Under the pieces are notes generated by a model. The model was given only the letters and a program-made list of their open reading frames with translations, searched no databases and was not told where the DNA came from. Position numbers and translations under genes: made by a program. This document shows positions 19,271-27,014 of a stretch of DNA of 64,000 nt, piece after piece. Every line of letters starts with the position of its first letter. Position 1 is the stretch's first letter. The DNA comes from Chloroflexota bacterium (lineage in GTDB: Bacteria; Chloroflexota; Dehalococcoidia; UBA2979): NCBI GenBank assembly GCA_027593235.1, contig JAQCIU010000004.1:77581-141580 (forward strand), read 5' to 3'.

Positions 19271-19714
19271 CTAGGTACGTTCGGCGAGGAGTCGCTCGAT
19301 CTGTTGGTAATCCTCGTCGGAGATTTTGTGGAGGTTCCCGCGAAACGCCATGCCGAGCTTCTTCGGGCCGAGCTTGCGGGTCTTGTCGAGGAGGTCGGTG
19401 ATCTCGCGGACGTCGACGTAGTTGCCGGCATCGGGGATGACGACCGGTTTCGTGTCGATGCGGAACGGATAGTCCTCGCCGGGCTTCCCCTCGGAGCGGA
19501 GGCCGATGTCGGAGATGTCCTCGAACATCTCGCCCGTCACCTCGACGATGCCGCCGAAGAGGACTTCCTTGGTCAGGTAGTAGACGATCCGGTCGCCGGG
19601 CTTCATCTCGCCGGACTGCTTGCGACGGGACGCCTTGAAAGCACACACATCGAACTTGCGTTTGCGGAGGACCTCGAAATTATCGGGGGAGCCCACGGTG
19701 ATCCATGCCTGCAT
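19271..19714 (-). CDS. EVE domain protein
   Basis: WITVGS.DNF, MKPGDRIVYY, YPFRI, ISDEDY. Confidence 0.8.
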   Translation of the reverse strand: MQAWITVGSPDNFEVLRKRKFDVCAFKASRRKQSGEMKPGDRIVYYLTKEVLFGGIVEVTGEMFEDISDIGLRSEGKPGEDYPFRIDTKPVVIPDAGNYVDVREITDLLDKTRKLGPKKLGMAFRGNLHKISDEDYQQIERLLAERT

Positions 19715-19798
19715 CGCTGGTCCTTCCTGCTGACACGTTCGGGTCAGTGACCGCCACCAGAATAGGCAAGTGAGGCGAGCCGGTGGGGATGGGTACGA

Positions 19799-19824
19799 AG
19801 AAGCCCCGCACTCGCGGGGCTTCT
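19799..19824. terminator. Hairpin terminator downstream of erpA
   Basis: AGAAGCCCCGC-actc-GCGGGGCTTCT perfect 11-bp stem. Confidence 0.65.
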
Positions 19825-19893
19825 GGTTAGTCAATCAACGGAACCTGCGAGTCCCGACAGCGGCCCTCTCGGGGCGCATTCTCCGTCGGCCCT

Positions 19894-20337
19894 CTAGCAG
19901 GGCCGGGGCGTGCCCTCGTGCCCGCTTGCCTGGAAGGACGAGCCGCAGGCGCACGAGGAGACGGCGTTGGGGTTGTAGATGGTGAAGCCGGACTTCATCA
20001 GGTCCTCGACGAAGTCAATTTCGGCGCCAGCGATCATCGGCACCGAGTCGGCGTCAACGACGATGCGCGCGCCACTCTCCGCGACGATGACGGTGTCGCC
20101 CTCGTCAGCTGTTTCGGCGATCGCCATGCCGTACTGGAAGCCGGAGCAGCCGCCGCCGACGACGAAGACGCGGAGCAGGCCCTCGGCGTGGCCCTTGTCC
20201 GCCAGGAGCGAACTCGCCTTTGCGGAGGCGCGATCCGTGATCGTGACCAGCGGACCGGTGAAGGTCGGCTGTGCAGAAACTTCGTTTCCGGCGGCAGCGA
20301 GGGTCGCGCCCATACCGGGCAGCAGTCCACCTGACAT
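19894..20337 (-). CDS. erpA: A-type Fe-S cluster carrier (ErpA/IscA, HesB family)
   Basis: GGGCSGFQY and NPNA..SCACGSSF. Confidence 0.9.
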   Translation of the reverse strand: MSGGLLPGMGATLAAAGNEVSAQPTFTGPLVTITDRASAKASSLLADKGHAEGLLRVFVVGGGCSGFQYGMAIAETADEGDTVIVAESGARIVVDADSVPMIAGAEIDFVEDLMKSGFTIYNPNAVSSCACGSSFQASGHEGTPRPC

Positions 20338-20379
20338 CGTTACCTCCGAGATTGTGGCGCCACGTAGCCGCGGCGCTGC

Positions 20380-21096
20380 TTACGAATGATATTCGGCTGC
20401 CGGAGCCACGTCCACGAACGGTCGCTCCTCGGCGGGGGCGTGCACGCGGAAGGCACACAGGAATTCGTGGGGCACCTCGCCGGGTGGCAACGTCGTGACC
20501 GGCACGCCGAGCAGCCGTTCGAGGAGTTCGCGGTCGTGGTCGACGCCGTCAGCGCCGGGGGATCCGTGGCCGATTCGGGCACAGAGGCCGCGGCCCAGCA
20601 GGCGGAGTTCGCCGTTGGTTCGATCCACTTCGAAGTCGAGGCCCTCGTCCTCGAGCAGGGTGAGCGCCGAGGCGATGCGGTCCTCGATCGTGACGCCGCT
20701 GACGCGGGGGCCGTACTCGAGCAGCAGGCGTTCGCACATCTTGCCGACGACCAACTCGGCGAGCTGGCCGCCGTTGCGGCCGGTGGTTTCGGCGGGGGTG
20801 AGCGCGACGATCTCCTCGAGGAGCCGGTGGGTGATGCGGACGTAGTGGTGCGGGAACAGCTCCCCGCCTCGCTCGGTGAGCGAGAAGATGTGGCGCGGGC
20901 GGCCGGTGCCACCGCGGACCTGGCTCACGGAGACGTAGTTGTCGCGAAGCAGTACATCGAGGTGACGACGCACCGTTGCGCCGGCGAGCTCGAGTTCGCC
21001 AGCGAGGTCGTCGACCGATGCGCCCTCGGAGCGCCTCAGGATGTTGAGGATCTGCTCGCGGGTGCCTTCGATGCGTCCGTTGCCGTTTCGTGTCAT
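20380..21096 (-). CDS. SufR-like HTH regulator
   Basis: TREQIL...TVRRHL...GRPRH.FSLT..G.ELFP..Y; start GTG 21099 or ATG 21096. Confidence 0.8.
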   Translation of the reverse strand: MTRNGNGRIEGTREQILNILRRSEGASVDDLAGELELAGATVRRHLDVLLRDNYVSVSQVRGGTGRPRHIFSLTERGGELFPHHYVRITHRLLEEIVALTPAETTGRNGGQLAELVVGKMCERLLLEYGPRVSGVTIEDRIASALTLLEDEGLDFEVDRTNGELRLLGRGLCARIGHGSPGADGVDHDRELLERLLGVPVTTLPPGEVPHEFLCAFRVHAPAEERPFVDVAPAAEYHS

Positions 21097-21124
21097 CACG
21101 ACCGAGCGTAGGACAGCTTTTTCA

Positions 21125-21152
21125 CCTTTGCCAGTTCTAAAGATGGCAAAGG
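21125..21152. promoter_or_regulatory. Inverted-repeat operator between the SufR-like gene and iscS
   Basis: perfect CCTTTGCCA-N10-TGGCAAAGG over the expected -35 of the regulator (TACGCT -10 at 21110-21105). Confidence 0.65.
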
Positions 21153-21313
21153 GCGCACGAATCGACGCTGACCGGTGCCGGACCCTTGAGCTGGGGAGCG
21201 ATGAGCGCGCGCGGGATCGCGCAGCCCGACGCGGTGGCGCGGGGTGAGGCGAGGTGGTGCGAGGTGGTGCCGGGTGGCCGTGTCGCCGCGCCTCGTGCGC
21301 TACGATCGCGCGG

Positions 21314-22546
21314 ATGACCACCCAGCGCTCCGCGGGCACTCGCGTCTATCTGGATCACGCGGCGACCACGCCGCCGGATCCGCGCGTCATCGAGGCGATG
21401 CTGCCCTACCTGACGGAGCACTGGGCGAACCCGTCTTCGATTTATGTCGAGGCCCAGCAGACGCGCCGTGCGATCGACGACGCGCGCCGGACGGTGGCGG
21501 CGGCGGTGGGCGCCGACGCATCCGAGATCATTTTCACCGCGGGTGGGTCGGAATCCGATTCGCTCGCGCTGCGTGGCGTGCTCGCGGCAAGCAGGCGTCG
21601 AGGACGGCACCTCATCATCTCCGCCGTCGAGCATCACGCCGTCCTCGATACCGCCGAGCAACTGGCGCGCGACGGCGAGGCGGAGCTGACGGTCCTCGAC
21701 GTCGACCGCGAGGGCCGCGTCGACCCGGCCCCAGCAGCCGCGGCGGTGCGCGACGACACCGTGCTGGTGTCGGTGATGCACGCGAACAACGAGATCGGCA
21801 CCGTCAACGACATCGCGGCGATCGCGCGAGCAGTACACGAACGCAACCCCCGCACCGCTGTGCATACGGACGCGGTGCAGTCGGTCGCGCACCTCGGTGC
21901 GAACGTGGACCGCCTGGGGGTCGACCTGATGACCTTTACCGGGCACAAGCTCTACGGGCCGCGCGGCGCTGGCGCGCTCTACGTCCGATCCGGGACCCCG
22001 CTCGCTCCGCAGATCCTCGGCGGCAGACAGGAGGAGCGGCGGCGGGCGGGTACCGAGGACACACCGGCGATCGTCGGCTTCGCGCGGGCGATCGCAATCG
22101 CGAACGAGCAACGCGAGGCCGACCTCAGCCACGAGCGCGCACTCCAGGCGCGGTTGATCGCGGAGCTGCCGAAGCGGATCCCGCTGACCGGCATCACTGG
22201 TCCCGCCAACCTCGATGACCGTCTGCCGGGCAACGTCTCCGCGCTGATTGGCTTCGTCGAGGGCGAATCGATCCTGCTGGCGCTCGATCTCGCCGGCTTT
22301 GCCGCCTCCTCGGGATCGGCGTGCACCACGGGGTCGGTCGAGCCGAGCCACGTACTCGTCGCGGCCGGTGTGCCGAACGAGCTGGCGCGCGGGTCGCTGC
22401 GGTTCAGCCTGGGGCGCGGCAATACCGAGGAAGACGTGGAGCGGCTGCTGGACGCCCTGCCGCCGATCGTCGAGCGCTTACGCGCCCTCTCACCGATGCC
22501 AACCACCGAGGCGCCGGCGGATTGGTTACCGTGGCTGAGCGCGTAG
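21314..22546 (+). CDS. iscS: Cysteine desulfurase (IscS/NifS group I)
   Basis: [35 protein letters not shown]. Confidence 0.92.
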   Translation: MTTQRSAGTRVYLDHAATTPPDPRVIEAMLPYLTEHWANPSSIYVEAQQTRRAIDDARRTVAAAVGADASEIIFTAGGSESDSLALRGVLAASRRRGRHLIISAVEHHAVLDTAEQLARDGEAELTVLDVDREGRVDPAPAAAAVRDDTVLVSVMHANNEIGTVNDIAAIARAVHERNPRTAVHTDAVQSVAHLGANVDRLGVDLMTFTGHKLYGPRGAGALYVRSGTPLAPQILGGRQEERRRAGTEDTPAIVGFARAIAIANEQREADLSHERALQARLIAELPKRIPLTGITGPANLDDRLPGNVSALIGFVEGESILLALDLAGFAASSGSACTTGSVEPSHVLVAAGVPNELARGSLRFSLGRGNTEEDVERLLDALPPIVERLRALSPMPTTEAPADWLPWLSA

Positions 22547-22646
22547 TTGCGCGCATCAGCGGCTCAGGCGCGCGCGACGCGTTTGCTCCTCAGATCAACC
22601 GCTCGCTAGGATTCGAGCGATCGTCGCTCATTGGTCGGGGGAACGC

Positions 22647-23345
22647 GTGACCACGCACCAGCCAGACATAGCGATCCCGCACCCGCTGCTGGGTGGTCGG
22701 GATGAGGTCGGCGTCGACCTCGAGGAGGAGGTTCGGAAGAACGTCCTCGTCACCTCGGTCGACGGCATCCTGAACTGGGCGCGTTCGTCCTCGCTGTGGC
22801 CGGCGATGTTCGGCCTCGCGTGCTGCGCGATCGAGATGATCGCGAGCGCGACCTCGCGCTACGACATCGCGCGCTTCGGCTCCGAGGTCTTCCGCGCTTC
22901 GCCGCGGCAGGCAGACCTGATGATCGTCGCCGGCACGGTGACCTGGAAGATGGCGCCGGTCCTCCGCCGCATCTACCTCCAGATGTCGGAGCCGCGCTGG
23001 GTTATCTCGATGGGCGGCTGCGCGATCATGGGCGGCCCCTTCGCCTTCGGGTACTCGGTGCTGCCGGGCGTAAACCTCGTGGTACCGGTCGACGTCTACG
23101 TCCCCGGCTGCCCGCCGCGACCGGAGTCGCTGCTGCAGGGCCTGATGATGCTGCAGGACGAAATCCGAGACTTCGGCGTGACCAAGCAGCGGCGGCGCCC
23201 GGAGCCGGACGGCGACTTCTCCTCCTACCTGCCGGAAGGCGATCCGATTCGCCGCGAGCTCGAATCGCTGTGGCCGCCGTACCCGGGCCTCGATGACCCG
23301 AACCGCACATCGGGCGGCGTTCCGCTGCACGCGTTCCGCTCCTAG
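22647..23345 (+). CDS. nuoB: NADH-quinone oxidoreductase subunit B (stand-alone)
   Basis: [33 protein letters not shown]. Confidence 0.92.
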   Translation: MTTHQPDIAIPHPLLGGRDEVGVDLEEEVRKNVLVTSVDGILNWARSSSLWPAMFGLACCAIEMIASATSRYDIARFGSEVFRASPRQADLMIVAGTVTWKMAPVLRRIYLQMSEPRWVISMGGCAIMGGPFAFGYSVLPGVNLVVPVDVYVPGCPPRPESLLQGLMMLQDEIRDFGVTKQRRRPEPDGDFSSYLPEGDPIRRELESLWPPYPGLDDPNRTSGGVPLHAFRS

Positions 23346-23514
23346 CTCGAACGCCACCCTTGAGGGGCGTCCGTCGCTCCCCCCGGTATCGCCGTGTTCG
23401 CTGCGCTGACCGATCGGTCGGGCCGAGGACTAGCACGCGGGTGGTAGCATTTGCCGCGTCCGGCGCCCGAGTGGCGTGGACAGCTATCCAGCCGACACCG
23501 ACGAGGAGCATCGC

Positions 23515-23940
23515 TTGAAGATCAAGAACCGCGTCGCCTCGCTGCTGCGCCCTAACCAGGTCGCGCACGCGCACTGCGACATTCCCTGTGGCATCTACCA
23601 CCCGCACATCGCCCAGCAAGGCGCCGAGAGCGTCGAGCGCATGTGCGTCCTGATCGGTGAGCTCGGCTCGCCGAGCGACAGCGCCGGCCACGCCTCCCTC
23701 TCGCGCTACGTCGCCGAGAAGGAGAAGGCCGCTGAGCTCGTGAAGCACGAGGTTCGCATCCTCTGGGGCGACTACTTCAAGCCGCCGCACCTGGAGATGT
23801 TCCCCGACCTGCACACGAAGGCCTGGACCATCATGAAGCTCGCCGGCACCGCCCGCGGCAGCGTCAAGATCGACGACGCGAAGGCACTGCGTGCCGCCGT
23901 CGACGAGTTCGCCGACATGTTCTGGAAGACGAAGGCATAG
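23515..23940 (+). CDS. sodN: Nickel superoxide dismutase precursor
   Basis: leader ending AHA then Ni-hook HCDIPCGIY, ILWGDYFKP, FWKTK; TTG start after GAGGAG. Confidence 0.92.
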   Translation: MKIKNRVASLLRPNQVAHAHCDIPCGIYHPHIAQQGAESVERMCVLIGELGSPSDSAGHASLSRYVAEKEKAAELVKHEVRILWGDYFKPPHLEMFPDLHTKAWTIMKLAGTARGSVKIDDAKALRAAVDEFADMFWKTKA

Positions 23941-24011
23941 TCCCTCACCTTCCGTACCGTTCGAATCGACCGAGACGGCTGCGCGCGGCTCTCAAACCGT
24001 TCGTAGCCGCC

Positions 24012-24566
24012 TTGTTGATCCTGCCCGCCGCGATCGCGCTGGTACGACTGCTCCGCAGCCGCTATTACCGTGTCGAGGTCGCCGGCGACAGCATGCGACC
24101 GACGCTGTACCCCGGTGACTTCCTGATCCTCCGTCGCGGCGCGCCAGCGTCCGGGGACGCCGCCGCGGGCGCGATCGTCGCGCTTCACGATGCGACCGGT
24201 CGATTGATCCTGAAGCGGGTGATCGGCCTACCCGGCGAATCGCTGCGCGTCGGGACGGCGGTGCTGATCAATCGCCGGCCGCTCCGCGAGCCCTATGCCC
24301 AGGGCGAGACGCCGCAAGCCCAGTTCCGAGGCGCCAACCAACTCGCGCCGGATGAGTACTTCCTGATCGGCGACAACCGCGAAGCGAGCACGGACAGCCG
24401 CGACTTCGGCGCGGTGACCCGCGCGCGCCTCGAGGGTGCCGCCGTCTTCCGCTACTGGCCGCCCGGCCGCCTGGGGCGCCTCGCGTCGCCTGGGCGTGTG
24501 CTTGGCGCCGTGCCTCCCGATCCGGAACTGCCGCTGGGGATGATCCCGCCGCGCCCGACCGCCTGA
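24012..24566 (+). CDS. sodX: S26 peptidase, probable NiSOD maturation protease (SodX/LepB-like)
   Basis: GDSMRPTL, LKRVIG, GDNREASTDSR; immediately downstream of sodN; start uncertain. Confidence 0.75.
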   Translation: MLILPAAIALVRLLRSRYYRVEVAGDSMRPTLYPGDFLILRRGAPASGDAAAGAIVALHDATGRLILKRVIGLPGESLRVGTAVLINRRPLREPYAQGETPQAQFRGANQLAPDEYFLIGDNREASTDSRDFGAVTRARLEGAAVFRYWPPGRLGRLASPGRVLGAVPPDPELPLGMIPPRPTA

Positions 24567-24723
24567 TCCACTTCGCCCCAACGGGCGTAGGGCTGATTCG
24601 ACGTCAGTGCGCCGACAGCCGCGACGGTCAGTAGCACCGGGACTTCCCTATCCGGCTGTAAGCCCTGAATCGCCGAGGATTCTTACGAGTCACTGGAACC
24701 GCATGGACGCGGAGGACCGACCA

Positions 24724-25626
24724 ATGGGGTCGACACTCAACCCCGACGAGGCTGGCGAACCGAACGAGTCGGACGCCGATCTCGTCATCCCTTCGTTGGA
24801 CGAGCTCATCGAGCAGATCGCCGAACTGCATCCGCTCCCCGCGGTTGCGACCTCGATCTTGCGGCTGACGGAGCACGATCGCTTCTCCGCGCACGAACTT
24901 GCCAGCGCGATCACGGCCGATCAGGCGCTGACGGCGAAGCTGCTGCGCCTGGCGAACTCCGCGTACTACGGCTTCCCCCGCACGATCGGGACCGTCCGCG
25001 ACGCGGTGGTCTTGCTGGGGTTCCGCACGGTCCGCTCAACGACGCTGGCTTCCTGCGTGATCGGCACGCTGTCCGGCACGAACCACCTCAACTACGAGGA
25101 GTTCTGGCACTTCTCCGTGAGCACCGGGATGCTGGGCGAGATGCTTGCCCGCACCGAGGGTGCGCACCAGGACACCGCGTTCACCGCCGGGGTACTGCAC
25201 AACATTGGCCTGCTGGCGATGGACCAGCAGCGCCCGGAACTCCTCGGTGCGGCGCTCGCGTACGGGAGCAAGACCGGCATGAGCCGGCACGAGGCGCAGC
25301 GCGCCGTCCTCGGCTACACCGACGCCGATCTCGGCGGGGGTCTCGCCGAGGCGTGGTCGTTCCCGCCGGAACTGGTCGACGCGATTCGCGATCACGCGAT
25401 GTCGCTCGACACCCTTCCCGACCCGAGGAGCCTCACGGCGTTCGTACTGCGCGCGCGATTGCTGGTCCGCTCCCACGGGGTCGCAGACGGCATCGATCAT
25501 CCGGAACGGATGGAGCTGCCCCAGGAATGGACCGCGCCACCACTGTCCGTGACACTCAAGCGCTCCGGCGGCATGGAGGGCGTTTTGGACAAGGTCGAGG
25601 CGTTCCTCGAATCGACCGTCCGCTAG
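24724..25626 (+). CDS. HDOD domain signalling protein
   Basis: LP.VA, DQALTAKLLRLANSAYYG, AVVLLG, AGVLHNIG, W.FP. Confidence 0.88.
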   Translation: MGSTLNPDEAGEPNESDADLVIPSLDELIEQIAELHPLPAVATSILRLTEHDRFSAHELASAITADQALTAKLLRLANSAYYGFPRTIGTVRDAVVLLGFRTVRSTTLASCVIGTLSGTNHLNYEEFWHFSVSTGMLGEMLARTEGAHQDTAFTAGVLHNIGLLAMDQQRPELLGAALAYGSKTGMSRHEAQRAVLGYTDADLGGGLAEAWSFPPELVDAIRDHAMSLDTLPDPRSLTAFVLRARLLVRSHGVADGIDHPERMELPQEWTAPPLSVTLKRSGGMEGVLDKVEAFLESTVR

Positions 25627-25643
25627 GCCCGATCCGGTTCGTC

Positions 25644-26951
25644 TCAGGATCCGCCCGACGCAGCGATCACCTCGGCAGTGCCGACGGTGAGTTCGAAGCA
25701 ACCCCAGTTGTGTGGGGCGGCTGTCGCCACGATCGTCCAGATGCCCGGCAGGGGCAGGACGGGCGCAGTCACGAAGGTGAAGGGCTCGGATGCCGCCGAG
25801 CGGGGCCCCGGCGCCACGAACTGGTAGGTGTGAACTGGCTCTGACGGTGAGCCGAGGGCGAGGCTTGTCGACCGATCGGTGCTCAACGTGTCGCGGATGG
25901 TGAGGGCGCCGAGTCGGTCCTGGTATTGCGGGAGCCAGATCACTTTCGAAGCCCGTCTGGCCGGCGAGTAGCCCTCGTTCACGTCGTTGCCAAAGCCGTT
26001 GGCGTAGGCGAGGCCGAACTCCCCCGACCGCACGCGTGGCCCCACATCAGCGGTCAGTAACGGGACACAGCTCCGCGAGTCGGTGCCAGACACCACCCCG
26101 TCGAATGTTGTGTAGCCGCGGAGTTCCGAGTCTTCTCCGACGTCGTCCCCGGCGGGCGGATCCGGGAACCATTGCGAACTCCCACTCGCCGGTGCTGGCC
26201 AGCGCACCGGGTCGCTCCCGCTCTCCAGCGTGAAGCATCCCCACAGCGGGCCCGCTGTCACCACGGCCATCCAGCGCGTGTCGCGCGGCGATTCGAAGAC
26301 GAGGTCGTACACCCACGTTCCGCCGCCAGTCTGCGTCGGTTGCTGCATCGCCTCGACGAGATGCGTTGCCTCCCAGTTCGCGCTGTCGACAGCGCGAATG
26401 CGCAGCATCTGCGGATCTGCGGTGTCGCGGAGCAGATCGGGGGCGATCGGGAACAGAACCAACCGCCGCTGTCCCGCGGCCGGCGGTGCGCCGGGGCCGG
26501 CAGGCGAGCCCGCGTGAAGCACCCAGTCCCCGGACTGGGCTCGTCCCTCCGCTGGCACCGACGGGCAGACCTCGGCGTCGGCGAGATCGAGGTCGAAGGC
26601 CGGCGGAGGCGCCCCCTCGAATTGCCATCCGTCCGCGTGCACGGGCCGCTCCTTGATCGCCTCGTCGAGCGAGGACGGCGGCGTGCGGTTTACGCGCGTT
26701 GGGTGATCCCAGGCGACCGGCTGGTACAGGGAGGCAGCCGCCTCGGGAGCTGCGAGCGCCAACGGAGTGGAGGTGGCGGTGACCTCGGCGGTACGAGTGG
26801 ATGGCGGAGTCGAGGACGGCGATGCCGCCGCCGCTCCGTCGGCGGCGGTCGGAGATGGCGGATCGTCCTCGGAGATGACGACGAAGACCAATGCCACGAG
26901 CGCAACGGCCGCGAGTCCAACGATGCCGACGACGCGCCAGTGCTCGCGCAC
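25644..26951 (-). CDS. Membrane-anchored protein with two tandem 'WGCF' extracellular domains
   Basis: N-terminal TM, Ser/Thr/Pro linker, two C...SG[DE]...WGCF repeats; paralog of the upstream gene. Confidence 0.75.
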   Translation of the reverse strand: MREHWRVVGIVGLAAVALVALVFVVISEDDPPSPTAADGAAAASPSSTPPSTRTAEVTATSTPLALAAPEAAASLYQPVAWDHPTRVNRTPPSSLDEAIKERPVHADGWQFEGAPPPAFDLDLADAEVCPSVPAEGRAQSGDWVLHAGSPAGPGAPPAAGQRRLVLFPIAPDLLRDTADPQMLRIRAVDSANWEATHLVEAMQQPTQTGGGTWVYDLVFESPRDTRWMAVVTAGPLWGCFTLESGSDPVRWPAPASGSSQWFPDPPAGDDVGEDSELRGYTTFDGVVSGTDSRSCVPLLTADVGPRVRSGEFGLAYANGFGNDVNEGYSPARRASKVIWLPQYQDRLGALTIRDTLSTDRSTSLALGSPSEPVHTYQFVAPGPRSAASEPFTFVTAPVLPLPGIWTIVATAAPHNWGCFELTVGTAEVIAASGGS

Positions 26952-27014
26952 AACAGGCCTCGATTCTGCCTCGATGCTAGCAGCGCCGAGGGAGCGTGGG
27001 CCGAGCGGCGGCGT

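Noticed and set aside
19836-19880. Small ORF MRPERAAVGTRRFR on the minus strand after erpA
   Set aside because: Only 14 codons, weak RBS and no recognisable features
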